From Candidatus Woesearchaeota archaeon (GTDB lineage: Archaea; Nanobdellota; Nanobdellia; Woesearchaeales; DSVV01), in contig JAGVYH010000001.1 of the NCBI GenBank assembly GCA_018303325.1, positions 24,849-88,848 on the forward strand: a stretch of 64,000 bases of DNA. Reading direction: 5' to 3'. The position numbers were made by a program, and so were the translations under genes. The notes under the pieces are model-generated. The model was not told the origin of the DNA and did not search any database. It worked only from the letters and a program-made list of their open reading frames with translations. Shown in pieces: positions 28,701 to 37,907 of this stretch. Position 1 is the stretch's first letter. Each line of letters opens with the position of its first letter.

Positions 28701-31700
28701 TTTTATCGAATATACCAACAAAGTGATGCCATGAATATAATGGATTCAATGTTGATTCAATTGTTTTGACAGGAATAGATGTTTTTTTGCCATTGATATC
28801 TACATTTTTAAAAAGCATAAAAACAAAATTATTCTTTATTATACCATCTTCTTCTTTTTTGTTTGCTCCTATTAAAAATCCTTCATTCTTATTTGCTCTT
28901 ACAATTAACATATTATCTTGCGTAATAGCAATATTAAACAAAAACTCAATACTTATTTCATCAACATTGTCTAAATTTTGTGTGGAAGGTATTTTGATAA
29001 ACTCATCACCACTAAACTTCATCGCCTTTCCAACACCATCATCTACTAATTCTGGAGCATTTTGTCCTGTTTCATCGCCTGCATAAGCGATTAAATTGTT
29101 GCCACTGATATCTTTTAACTTGTACATTTCATTTCCTGTTGTATCCCACTTATTCATAGGAAGATTTAACACCGTCAAAGATGTATAGTCAACAAACCAA
29201 TTGTATGCTACACCAGTTACAAAGGATTCATAATCTTTTGTTGTTGCAACAAGATTATTATTCTCGTTAACACTTAAAGAGACTGTTGCAGATGTTTTTG
29301 GAATAATTGTTGAGAAGTCGATAAGTGTTAAATGGGGATATTTGTCGAGTAAGTCATATTTAAGGTCATTATCATTAACTTTGAATTGGTAAGCCTTATC
29401 GCAGAATTCATCGTTGCCTTTATCTGCATCTTCATAAACATCTTTATAATTTTGAAATATATCCGAACAGGCAGTTTTAACTACATCAGAATAATCCTCC
29501 CAATAATTTCCGTATCCGTCTTTATACAACATTACTTGGCTATCAGGAGTATCAGCATTATTTTCAAGCAAATCAAATTGGACTGGTGGGTGATGGACAG
29601 TATTAGTATTCTTAAAAATATTGTTGAAAATATAACTCACGTCTGTGCTGCTTGGATTAATGAATAATAGATTCCAATCTTTATTAAATTCGAAAGTGTT
29701 TAATTTAATTTCTGCACTTATTCCTGTTTGCTCATCTTCCTGATTTAATTGCAGCCCAATATTATTCTCCTTAAATGTATTACCTTTGATTCCAACATTT
29801 TTAGAGCCAACTGCAAGCAAACCATTATCATAATTCGTTAATGTGCATCCTTCGACATTAACATTGTCTTTTTGGTTTATGTAGATACCTGCGCCTTGTT
29901 TATTTCCATTTATTTCATTACCTTTAAATTGTGTACCTTTGCATTTAAGGTTTATGGGTGTAATCGCATCTACATCAAATTGTATTATTCCTTTTTTTCC
30001 TTCTGTTTCAAAATCACCATCGTATATTTCATACAAACCAGAGCAGAAGGTTGTGTCTTTGTTGATGAGGATGTTTGTGTATTCGTTTTGCCCATTATCT
30101 GGATTGACTTTTATAGGAAGAAGAGGTATTAACTCTGTGTAAATTGAAGATGATGGTTCAAATATTTTATAGTTAATATTATAATCAACAGGAGGCGAGA
30201 TGCAGTCGTCGTTGAATTCAACTGCAATATTTTGCTGTGAAATTAAATCTGTTATTATGTTTTTATCTAATTTTATAACAATACCCTGATCATCCTTTCC
30301 ATAAGTTATAGAATATGTATATGATTTTTGAAGTTCTTTTACATTATTTACTTTTTTAGTGAAACCATAAAGATAAATATTCTGGTTCAATGGCACGTTT
30401 GCTATACCATATAAGGCTCGGACAACATCAATTTTATTGTTTGCAGTTGTATCATCAACATTAATCTGCGCCATTTCGAGAGGTTCTGTTTTTTCTGTAT
30501 TTGCTGCATCAATATATTTTCTTTTTATGTCGAAGGTGAGGGGGTAATACATGTAGGCAGAAGAAGGTTCATCGTTAATGTATATTAAACTATCTGCTAC
30601 ATTGTAAAGGTAATTATTCGTTGAACTACCAAATAAGATGAAATTATCTATTTGTGGAAAAAGGTTTTCATAAAATTTGTTGTTTAAACTATTACTAATT
30701 ATTATACCTACTTTCTTCAATAATAAATTAGGTGAAACTGGTTTTCCTTCATTCTGAATAAAATCGTTATTTGAAATTATGTTATTATCAGAATTTTCAA
30801 TTTCCAAAACCAATTTATTATTTTTAAATACATTTTTATCTATAACAAGATTATTCACATTATTCTTAACTGCAACTGCTTTGTTAAAACCATTTAAGTT
30901 ATTATCAACGAAATAGGATTCAGTTACAGTATGAAAGGAAACTCCTGTTGTTGTATCTGCTTGATCTACTATAGCAGAAGTAATTAAATTATTGCTTACT
31001 ATGATATTTGAGGAACTGCTCACAACAATACTGCCTTGTTGACTTTGCGCATTCTCTAATCTGTTTCCATAAACAGTTCCTTCATCCAAATTGAGCACAA
31101 TGATGTAAGTAGAATATGCAGGCATATTATTCGCAGATTTAAAATAATTCTTTGTAATTCTTATTTTAGGAACAGCATTTTCGTCAATAATTGGACCTGA
31201 TAAAGAAACTAATGAATTCGTAAATAAATTATTTGAAATTATTACTTCACCATCAAAGCTAGGAATAAAGATACCCATCAACTGTTCATTATTATTCTCA
31301 AAAGTGTTCCCTATAATTTTTGCAGTAGGGAATTCTAAACCTTGCTCATCGCCTGCATTTTCTTTGAGGTTATTAAGTTTTATAGCGGCAACATTGTTTT
31401 TGAAGGTATTATGAAAGATTTCTATATCACTAGTATCTGCAGTAAATGCACCATTAATTGCAGTATTAAACCCTTCAAATGTGCAGCCAGAGATTATAAA
31501 ATTACCGTGAGAACTTTCTTTTAATTCAACTGCAACATCATTGTAATTATTGGCTTTAATTATAGTACCTTTTTCACAAAAAAATTTGCCTTGATCAGCT
31601 AGTTTTATTGGTCCTTGTAGGTCATAAGTACCTGCACATATTGGTGTAATACTATCATCATTAGAACCTGTAAAATAATATCCGTTTGTTAAATCGTCTT

Positions 31701-32535
31701 TTGCATCATAATAAGTTTCTCCATTTGTTACTTTAATTTTATCAAGTTTAACACAATTTCCAAACACAACATTCCCAGTTAACATCTTCAACAACTTCTT
31801 AAATGCGTTACCTACCGGATTTCCTTTTTCATCTTTAAGCGTATTCAACGAATTAATATACGCTTTCAATTCACTTGAAAAACCCATCTCCTTTGGCTCT
31901 ATCGCCAAATCTAATTGCAATTTAGGTGAATCAATTGTATTCAAAAACACTGCATCATATCTTTTGGAATATTTATGCCATTCTGTAAATATAGTATCTT
32001 TAATGCTTGTATCTCCATTTAAATATTTGAGATGGTTAGTCATTAATGTATTCACATCTAACTTGTTATCTTTCAAATATTTCAAGAAATGTTCAAAAGT
32101 TCCAGGCACATTACTTAGCCCATTACCATCAAAAGAAACATCATTTTTTATTGCATTAGCATATACAAATTCACCAAAATCATCTTCGGTTAATATTCCA
32201 GACGATTTAAGAGTGTAAAACTCATTAACGTATTCTGGTTTTATGTCAATAATCCCTTCTTCTTGTTCTTCTAACACTGGATAGAGTGCATAATATTCTT
32301 TAATATTATCGAATGATAGTTGCGGAACCTCTTGTAATGGCTTCTCTATTTCTAATAATGAAGCTTCTTTATAATAGATAGGATTATATTTTATCACTTC
32401 CCCCACCAAATCCTTCACATCCTTAAAACTATCATATTTGCCATAAAGAATTGTAATATTGAGAGAAACAGCTGTAAGTAAGACTAAGAAAGCTAGAGTA
32501 AATGCTATTTTATGCTTGGGATGTATTCTCCCCAT
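25753..32535 (-). CDS. Giant (2260 aa) surface protein with right-handed parallel beta-helix (pectin-lyase-like) repeats, a LamG domain, Cys-rich EGF-like modules, a TM helix and a conserved cytoplasmic tail
   Basis: N-terminal signal. Beta-helix repeat signatures (…ISNN…, NISKFNTGIAAGDSNMF). The LamG motif IDEFKIYNKVLSPEQIQANYAHL. TM YYWLLLLLLLIPLIGVLFYVGY. The tail is homologous to the tails of the other two giant proteins. Confidence 0.75.
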   Translation of the reverse strand: MGRIHPKHKIAFTLAFLVLLTAVSLNITILYGKYDSFKDVKDLVGEVIKYNPIYYKEASLLEIEKPLQEVPQLSFDNIKEYYALYPVLEEQEEGIIDIKPEYVNEFYTLKSSGILTEDDFGEFVYANAIKNDVSFDGNGLSNVPGTFEHFLKYLKDNKLDVNTLMTNHLKYLNGDTSIKDTIFTEWHKYSKRYDAVFLNTIDSPKLQLDLAIEPKEMGFSSELKAYINSLNTLKDEKGNPVGNAFKKLLKMLTGNVVFGNCVKLDKIKVTNGETYYDAKDDLTNGYYFTGSNDDSITPICAGTYDLQGPIKLADQGKFFCEKGTIIKANNYNDVAVELKESSHGNFIISGCTFEGFNTAINGAFTADTSDIEIFHNTFKNNVAAIKLNNLKENAGDEQGLEFPTAKIIGNTFENNNEQLMGIFIPSFDGEVIISNNLFTNSLVSLSGPIIDENAVPKIRITKNYFKSANNMPAYSTYIIVLNLDEGTVYGNRLENAQSQQGSIVVSSSSNIIVSNNLITSAIVDQADTTTGVSFHTVTESYFVDNNLNGFNKAVAVKNNVNNLVIDKNVFKNNKLVLEIENSDNNIISNNDFIQNEGKPVSPNLLLKKVGIIISNSLNNKFYENLFPQIDNFILFGSSTNNYLYNVADSLIYINDEPSSAYMYYPLTFDIKRKYIDAANTEKTEPLEMAQINVDDTTANNKIDVVRALYGIANVPLNQNIYLYGFTKKVNNVKELQKSYTYSITYGKDDQGIVIKLDKNIITDLISQQNIAVEFNDDCISPPVDYNINYKIFEPSSSIYTELIPLLPIKVNPDNGQNEYTNILINKDTTFCSGLYEIYDGDFETEGKKGIIQFDVDAITPINLKCKGTQFKGNEINGNKQGAGIYINQKDNVNVEGCTLTNYDNGLLAVGSKNVGIKGNTFKENNIGLQLNQEDEQTGISAEIKLNTFEFNKDWNLLFINPSSTDVSYIFNNIFKNTNTVHHPPVQFDLLENNADTPDSQVMLYKDGYGNYWEDYSDVVKTACSDIFQNYKDVYEDADKGNDEFCDKAYQFKVNDNDLKYDLLDKYPHLTLIDFSTIIPKTSATVSLSVNENNNLVATTKDYESFVTGVAYNWFVDYTSLTVLNLPMNKWDTTGNEMYKLKDISGNNLIAYAGDETGQNAPELVDDGVGKAMKFSGDEFIKIPSTQNLDNVDEISIEFLFNIAITQDNMLIVRANKNEGFLIGANKKEEDGIIKNNFVFMLFKNVDINGKKTSIPVKTIESTLNPLYSWHHFVGIFDKTTSKLEFYVDNVKITNVDNDDFTGNEDLIFNNNGLYLGTFPKEYVTENMKQDNGFKGLIDEFKIYNKVLSPEQIQANYAHLFELGGELKGVIGASGQALKKNIILPSIHGDCGNWKVKSYLTTNEGFLISTDALEAEYNSFLCGLEVCTTDTDCDAPKKCLLSDKIIDDKLVSVCDYNPCTNDADCGAGESCAFGKCLVCKGFKKGVNNEVTDDMEITEPTLICAGTYTINDANNDGAIKITKDKVALICQNNVNIIGPETEYDKTISKGSIGISAVGKNAVISNCNISKFNTGIAAGDSNMFVIDRNGLRDNTVAVDIFNIKSITLSNNIIYDNLIGLKVKGKTSPYILNSNITNNQYNSFADNELNSATISLSNLSNSKHLIDLAITDDNLNFLKSINNKDIIIKLQSTNVPIFKFYDTFFDDVYFYTDESLSDTDKQLANANIKRYWTLTANVVKSTDTMSPVESASIEITSNADELNQFGGMVDVNEDNVVDDKDVSYTDKDGLTLLYLLANITDKVQSTTKKDLNPYTITAFKAAGLSGAKPAVSAPFTIKEPTFKKLDLDTGKEFEIPKVFESTAAQSSSTGSGGSSYEKTCSPLVDDKCKLKYKYTPCVLQGNLSYPTKIFTCNSTNDCGMRLFVEPCEGNAPSYAQGCNNKIKDLFEEGVDCGGPCSAQCPATCTDKKQNQGETDVDCGGSSTAGGAGGTGANNCAKCLDDKKCSVNENCKSGFCKNGWCKQAACYDGFKNQDETNVDCGGKTCAPCQGKQEATCYDNIINQGETDVDCGGPCKSCTPILEQPKGFNYYWLLLLLLLIPLIGVLFYVGYSQYQAQHKPIPPMSKGLNGLKGLKGLPPIEGLKLSKELEAEFGKPSKLSNKPMPLKKEIFTEFDNVIKDEIKKLLDEGKSKHEINEALKAKGYPHEKVNYLFENSLHELLPKTYDEQLKKYINYYLSRGMSKTAIKEALLEKGWNKKIIDGVFKG

Positions 32536-32665
32536 GACTCACCACTTTTATTAAATTATTCACACTTTTTTATTGATAGATATATCTTTCTATAAGTAAT
32601 ATATAAATCTTTTTTATTTGTTTATATATAATTTTGTTTCTTAATAGTCTTAATTCCGTTTTTTT

Positions 32666-32726
32666 CGCTCTCAATCCTGGGTTCCGCCCACAGCTCGTTT
32701 TAAGGACGAAGTCCACCGTCACATGA
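32666..32726 (+). repeat. Fragment (left end only) of the family-E element
   Basis: cgctctcaat…ggacgaagtccaccgtcacatgaa. Confidence 0.5.
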
Positions 32727-32837
32727 ATATAAGTCTCATTAAAAAGTAAATAATGCAATATATCTCGTTACAAAAAGTGTCAAAATGTGACACTTTTAAA
32801 AACAGAATGGAAAACTTTATATATAATACTATGTTAA

Positions 32838-33443
32838 GTGATAGTAATGGGCAAGATAATTAAGATTTATGAGGCATTACTTAATAGAAAAGAAAAGGTG
32901 TGCCACAGAACAGAAGTAGTTGAAATAATAAAGGAATATAATAAAAACCTAGGCCATATTGACTGTGAAAATACTTTAAAATATCTTTCAAGGCATAATT
33001 ATATAAAAAGAATTTTTCTAAATTTTTATTATGTAAATTCTTTGGATGAAAGAGAAAGGAAGTTTTGCAGCTATGAAGATAAAGAACTTCTGTTTACAGT
33101 ACTTAACGGGCTTGGCATAAAATGGTATGTTGGCCTAAATTCATCTTTATATCTTCTTGGGAAAATATGGCAGACACCAAGTGTTTTATCAATAATTAAT
33201 GATAAAATAAGTGGAAGGAAAAAAATATTAGGTTCGAATGTAAGATTTATGAAAATCAAAAGCAGCCTTATTTTTGGGCTTAAAAAAAATAAAACGAAAC
33301 ATAATATAATTTACTGCTATTCAGATTTAACAAAAACTTATCTTGATTTTGTTTATTTTAAAATATCAAAAAAACAGATAAATACAAAGGAAATAGGAAA
33401 ATATCTTAAGAGGTATCCTACTTGGTTCAAAAAATTAATATAA
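32838..33443 (+). CDS. abiEi: AbiEi-like antitoxin (short form)
   Basis: It sits upstream of an AbiEii gene and overlaps it. Its size and HTH-like N-terminus fit. Confidence 0.5.
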   Translation: MIVMGKIIKIYEALLNRKEKVCHRTEVVEIIKEYNKNLGHIDCENTLKYLSRHNYIKRIFLNFYYVNSLDERERKFCSYEDKELLFTVLNGLGIKWYVGLNSSLYLLGKIWQTPSVLSIINDKISGRKKILGSNVRFMKIKSSLIFGLKKNKTKHNIIYCYSDLTKTYLDFVYFKISKKQINTKEIGKYLKRYPTWFKKLI

Positions 33444-34342
33444 ATAAATATGTTGCAGATGTCAAAAAAAATCTTTGTATAGAAGCCCCGGATGAAATAG
33501 TTGAAAAAGATCTGTTGTTGACTCTGATTCTTGCTGAGTTTGAAAAAAGAAAGTTGGAAAAAGAACTGATATTTAAAGGAGGCACTCTTTTGTCAAGAAA
33601 CTATCTGAACTATCATAGATTTTCAGAAGACTTGGATTTTGTTCATAAGGACTCTAATAAATTGCGTGAATTAAAAAGAAATACGCGTGAAAAAAGAATC
33701 AAACAGTTTATAGATTATTTCGTTCCTGAATTAAAAGAAGTTGCAAATATATTAAATTTAGAATTTAGTACAGACAGAAGCAACACAAGATTTTGCACCA
33801 TTCTGCATGGAAGGGTTATTTATATTTTTAGGATTTATTATTCTGAAAATAATTTTATAAAAATTGAAATAAATTTTGTTGAAAAAATAATACACCCCCC
33901 TAAAAGAGTTTCAATAAAAGCGATAACGGACTTTTTTGATTCAAGAGAACTTTTATTTACTCTTGGCCTGAAAATTGAAAATTTTGTTGTTATGAGTTAT
34001 ACTTTAGAAGAAATAGTTCTCGAAAAATATCGTGCAATACTCACAAGAAGCGAGCTTAAGGAACGCGACCTTTTCGATCTTTTTTTAATAAAAAACATAT
34101 TTAATCCTAATATAAACCAGATAGTAGAAAAGATTAAGTGTTCCTCTTTGATAAGGAGAAATCTTAATATTATGATTAAGGAGAAACTCTTACTTCTTGA
34201 AAAAAATGAATTTTTCAGGAGTGATGAGAAAATAGAATATTTGACTATTATTCAGTATAATAAAATAGATTTTGAAAACTTAAAAGAAAAGATTAAACCA
34301 ATATTAATAGAAATTTGCAAGAAATTCTTGGAAATGTATTAA
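33422..34342 (+). CDS. abiEii: AbiEii-family nucleotidyltransferase toxin
   Basis: Motif IFKGGTLLSRNYLNYHRFSEDLDFV. Confidence 0.75.
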   Translation: MVQKININKYVADVKKNLCIEAPDEIVEKDLLLTLILAEFEKRKLEKELIFKGGTLLSRNYLNYHRFSEDLDFVHKDSNKLRELKRNTREKRIKQFIDYFVPELKEVANILNLEFSTDRSNTRFCTILHGRVIYIFRIYYSENNFIKIEINFVEKIIHPPKRVSIKAITDFFDSRELLFTLGLKIENFVVMSYTLEEIVLEKYRAILTRSELKERDLFDLFLIKNIFNPNINQIVEKIKCSSLIRRNLNIMIKEKLLLLEKNEFFRSDEKIEYLTIIQYNKIDFENLKEKIKPILIEICKKFLEMY

Positions 34343-34366
34343 AAGCACAAAATAATCGCAATTACT

Positions 34367-34500
34367 AAGCCTGCCAGTCAGCTTTGGCGAAAACCCACAG
34401 AATAAGTGTACTATAGAACCATAGAGTTTTTCAAATGTTTTCGCTTCCTTTTTTGTCTTACGAATATAATAGCAAAGCTGACAACTTAAGGGCAGGCTTA
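34367..34500. repeat. Imperfect-palindrome module, family P, full copy (taagcctgccagtcagctttggcgaaaac … gttttcgcttcc … agcaaagctgacaacttaagggcaggctta)
   Basis: The outer arms pair with an asymmetric bulge, and the inner ggcgaaaac/gttttcgc arms pair. It is homologous to 3582-3700. Confidence 0.75.
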
Positions 34501-34564
34501 ATACCTACTTATTTGTGAAAGAGTTATAACTGTTCATTTATTATTTCATTTTCTAAGTAATGGC

Positions 34565-35041
34565 CTAGGGTTTTCTTCTGCGCAGCCTAACCTTACTCCA
34601 TCCACTTTTAACTTGTTCTCCAATCTTAAAAGACCTTGCTATCGCTTTATTTTGTATATTCTTGGTCGCATCATAAGCAGTAAGAGTCATGCTTTTTGTT
34701 CTATCTTTAGCTTTGCTGGCAAATAGGTTGGTCTGATCTCGTGCGTGAACTGCAACTTTTCTCGTTCCGTCTCTTAGCGATTCATGATAAAAACGATAAC
34801 TAAGATAACGATTGATTTTATCTGCATATTCTTTTCCAACCCACCACAAACCCCATATTAAGATTAGCCAAGTTAAAAAATAAGATACAAGTAAAGCCCA
34901 CCATATCATCTGATTATTTAAGTATAATAGCAATAATATTTTAATTATCCCACCAGCAGTAAAACTAACTATAATTAACACAATTCCCACATAAAACTTC
35001 CACGAAAAGTTTCTTATCAATGATTCTGGTTTATTCATCAC
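34565..35041 (-). CDS. Membrane protein (two TM helices) with a basic C-terminal domain
   Basis: Hydrophobic segments YVGIVLIIVSFTAGGIIKILLLLYL and WALLVSYFLTWLILIWGLWWV. Confidence 0.4.
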   Translation of the reverse strand: MMNKPESLIRNFSWKFYVGIVLIIVSFTAGGIIKILLLLYLNNQMIWWALLVSYFLTWLILIWGLWWVGKEYADKINRYLSYRFYHESLRDGTRKVAVHARDQTNLFASKAKDRTKSMTLTAYDATKNIQNKAIARSFKIGEQVKSGWSKVRLRRRKP

Positions 35042-35105
35042 TTACCTTCCCCCTCATAATGTTCCTTTAATCACTTTTGTTTGTTACAGATGATTATAAT
35101 GTTTT

Positions 35106-35708
35106 TTATCCAACATAATGCTTCCTCAACAAGTTCAGGAAATGCTCTGCACCATATAAAACTATGTGTTTTTTAAGTAATTCATTGCCGACATTGAATT
35201 TTGCTGGATTTGACAGCATTTCATGCAGGCTTTCATCAAAAGCAATATTAATATCAAGTTTTCCTCTTGCTATTAAAGCATAACGGACTTCTTTTTCAAA
35301 ACTTCCATAATCATACTCTTTAGGAATAAGGAATAATAAGTCTATATCTGACTTTAATTTTGGTTTTTTCACTTGGCTCCCGAAAAGTATGCAGACAAAT
35401 TGTTTATTAATTCTTTTAATATCTTCTGTGACAAGTTTTACAGATGTGTTTTTTTTGCATATATTATTAGTTCTTTCAATTTCAGCGATAATATAATTAG
35501 TATTGTATTTTGCAATGTCAAGCTTCACAACATTGCTTTTCCCAACATTTTTAATAATTACATCACCAGATTTAGCCAGATTTTTAATTGTCATATAAGT
35601 TTGAAAATACTTTTGTTTAAGAATTCTTGCAATATCCATTATAGTCAAGTCTGTAGTTAAATCATCAAATAAACTTTTCAAAACTTTTAATTCATCTTTC
35701 TTTAACAT
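35106..35708 (-). CDS. wHTH-MNT nucleotidyltransferase (solo; antitoxin-like)
   Basis: Motif ILFGSQVKKPKLKSDIDLLFLIP. Its N-terminal HTH resembles that of 11178..11753. Confidence 0.6.
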   Translation of the reverse strand: MLKKDELKVLKSLFDDLTTDLTIMDIARILKQKYFQTYMTIKNLAKSGDVIIKNVGKSNVVKLDIAKYNTNYIIAEIERTNNICKKNTSVKLVTEDIKRINKQFVCILFGSQVKKPKLKSDIDLLFLIPKEYDYGSFEKEVRYALIARGKLDINIAFDESLHEMLSNPAKFNVGNELLKKHIVLYGAEHFLNLLRKHYVG

Positions 35709-35810
35709 TTTATTTTATTTATTTAATATTCTTTCTGTGATAATGTTACAATAAGTATTTTCTTATAAGCGTATAATAAAAAACTTATATATAAATTTTC
35801 TGCTTTTTTT

Positions 35811-35870
35811 GCTCTCAATCATGTTTCACGCTCTAAACTAGTATTATGGCGAAGCCATCTGTCTCATGAA
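35811..35870 (+). repeat. Short hybrid copy of the family-E element (a left-end-like block joined directly to a right-end-like block, ggcgaagccatctgtctcatga)
   Basis: Read directly from the sequence. Confidence 0.45.
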
Positions 35871-35926
35871 GAATTTTTTAAAGTTTTTAAAGGCAGATTT
35901 ATTGTCAAAGAACCAAAATAGCAACT

Positions 35927-36148
35927 TTAGTGCCTAAAGCTGGGATTAGTATGCTGCCTGTAAGGATCAAGCGGCTTTTTCTTTTTATGAAGGCAGCTTT
36001 CGCAGAATATAAAGAATTTTGGAGAATCAGGAACCTGTGTTTTAATCAAATGATCATCGCAAAAATAAAGCCCGCAGGCATCACAGAAGTACATAGCTGA
36101 TTTTCCGCATTTTCTGCAAAGCCCGTCAACAAAAAATCTGTATCCCAT
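35927..36148 (-). CDS. Small zinc-ribbon protein
   Basis: CxxC…CxxC…C…C pattern (CRKCGKSAMYFCDACGLYFCDDH…CESCL). Confidence 0.45.
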   Translation of the reverse strand: MGYRFFVDGLCRKCGKSAMYFCDACGLYFCDDHLIKTQVPDSPKFFIFCESCLHKKKKPLDPYRQHTNPSFRH

Positions 36149-36293
36149 TTTTACATCTGACTTCTTTTTTTGGATTTTTTAGTTTTTTTAAATTTCTTGG
36201 TGTTACACTATGTTACAGATTATATTATTAACATTATACTATTAACATTAAAACCTGCAAAATAAAAAAATATAACAAAAAAAACATAAAAAT

Positions 36294-36650
36294 TTACAAT
36301 AATTTATCCAAATCTTTTGCTGGCTTTTTTTCTTTGCCTTCTGATTTAGCCTTGCTTATAGCATCTTTTGCCTGAGCCTCTAAATCAACACCTAACTCTT
36401 TCAATGCCTTTATGTGCATCTGCATTAACTGCTCAACAATTTGGACAATTTTCAGCATTTCTTCCCTTTCTTTTGCAAGTGTTGATAAAGCGCCTTTATG
36501 AAAGCCAACCTGCTCATCCTTGCTGACATTAATCTTTTCCTTACCTTCAGTTTTTGTCATAAATATCACCTTTAGTATTAATGATAGAGGTTTTAGTTTG
36601 GTTATATATAAAATTATTGGAAAAATCAGCTTCAACCAAAAAGTAATCAT
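36294..36650 (-). CDS. Hypothetical coiled-coil protein. The true start may be the internal Met (MTKTEGKEK…).
   Basis: Charged helical sequence. The N-terminal part of the long ORF is hydrophobic and may not be translated. Confidence 0.35.
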   Translation of the reverse strand: MITFWLKLIFPIILYITKLKPLSLILKVIFMTKTEGKEKINVSKDEQVGFHKGALSTLAKEREEMLKIVQIVEQLMQMHIKALKELGVDLEAQAKDAISKAKSEGKEKKPAKDLDKLL

Positions 36651-36659
36651 GCATTAGGT

Positions 36660-36800
36660 TTCAGTGCAAAAAATAACAACAATGGCACAGGCGAGGCGGG
36701 GGTTGCCCCCGTCGGGGTGCCGAGTAGGACATTTTCCATAGGAAAATGGCCGTCTGTTGCCATTGTTGTTGTTATTTTTTGCAAATAATAAACAAAATTA
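36660..36800. ncRNA. Candidate structured RNA: a GC-rich 140-bp region closed by a near-perfect stem of about 25 bp (gcaaaaaataacaacaatggca / tgccattgttgttgttattttttgc), with internal hairpins CGGGGG-ttg-CCCCCG and GGACATTTTCC-atag-GGAAAATGGCC
   Basis: Read directly. GC content is well above the local background, and it lies in a divergent intergenic region. Confidence 0.4.
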
Positions 36801-36870
36801 AGAAAACTGAATAATGGATGAAGCGTTTTGTTTAACAAACTTTATAAAAATAGAATTTACTTAAAGAACC

Positions 36871-37278
36871 ATGAACGTCAAAGATCATGTAATTGTATCA
36901 GCGATAATAACAGTGTTTATATTCCCTGTTTACAGCTGGCTATCTTTGTTAGTCTTTCTAGGAGGAGTATTAATAGACATTGACCATTATTTGTGGTGGA
37001 TTTTTAACAAAAAAAACTTCTCGCTGAAAACAGCATATAAGTTTTTCAAAGATGATTATAATGGAAAAGAGGATTTGACTTTAATTTTCCACAGCATAGA
37101 ATTTTGGGCGTTAAGTTTAGTAATGGTTTATTTTTTTCCAGTCATCTTTCCATATTTCATCGGTCTGGCATCGCATATAACAATGGATTTATTCTTTTTT
37201 TTCAAATTCAGAAAGACGCATCCTCATCCTGTGGCGTATTGTCTGACGAGGAAGTATTTGTTAAACAAGCATTATTAA
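36871..37278 (+). CDS. Small integral membrane protein (hypothetical)
   Basis: About four hydrophobic helices. Confidence 0.4.
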   Translation: MNVKDHVIVSAIITVFIFPVYSWLSLLVFLGGVLIDIDHYLWWIFNKKNFSLKTAYKFFKDDYNGKEDLTLIFHSIEFWALSLVMVYFFPVIFPYFIGLASHITMDLFFFFKFRKTHPHPVAYCLTRKYLLNKHY

Positions 37279-37348
37279 AAACAAGAAATTCACCAAATGA
37301 ATTACCCAATCGCCTCAAGGGGCGGGGTAAAATTAGGCAAAAATTTAA

Positions 37349-37867
37349 TCACATTAATATTCTTTCAACAAACCCTCTCACTTTCTTCTCGCTTAGATTC
37401 TGCATCACTTCTTTTGTCGTCAGTTCAAGCAATGCAACTGGCTTTTTTCCGCACACCTTTTCCATCTCCCTAAATGTTCTTTCACTTCCAGATCCGCCCT
37501 GTGTGCAGAAGAATGCTGCCTTTGCAGAGGGGTTTAGTTTAGCTTTATTTTGCAGGATATACGTCCTTATCGGCGTTGACATTGTAAATGCCCAGACAGG
37601 CGTGCCAATTATAATTAGATCATATTTTGCAGAATTATACCTCGATTTTTTTATCCTCGTTAGGCTTTTCAGTGTCGCATCTTTTCCCGCGAACAAATAT
37701 CCTATTGCGCCTGACCTGTCTTTTGTGTCAATTATCTCTTCAATATCAACATTAATCTTTTTTGATTTAATAAAGGAAGTTAGACTATTTAATATTGCCC
37801 ATACAGCCTTTTTTGTTGTACCTGTTCTTGAATAGAACACAATTAATATTTTTGGGTTAGATTTCAT
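37349..37867 (-). CDS. Flavodoxin-like fold protein (NADPH-dependent FMN reductase/flavodoxin family)
   Basis: N-terminus KILIVFYSRTGTTKKAV. Confidence 0.65.
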   Translation of the reverse strand: MKSNPKILIVFYSRTGTTKKAVWAILNSLTSFIKSKKINVDIEEIIDTKDRSGAIGYLFAGKDATLKSLTRIKKSRYNSAKYDLIIIGTPVWAFTMSTPIRTYILQNKAKLNPSAKAAFFCTQGGSGSERTFREMEKVCGKKPVALLELTTKEVMQNLSEKKVRGFVERILM

Positions 37868-37907
37868 ACCATTACTGTTAAATTAACAAAAATTTAAATA
37901 CTTTTTC

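Noticed and set aside
36647-36838. 63-aa ORF
   Set aside because: It lies entirely within the GC-rich 140-bp palindrome. Its composition is biased (PTGATPASP), so it is more likely a structural RNA or DNA element than coding.
37104-37835. 243-aa ORF on the + strand
   Set aside because: It is antisense to the flavodoxin-like gene, which has a clear ILIVFYSRTGTT motif. The + strand product is S/F-rich junk.
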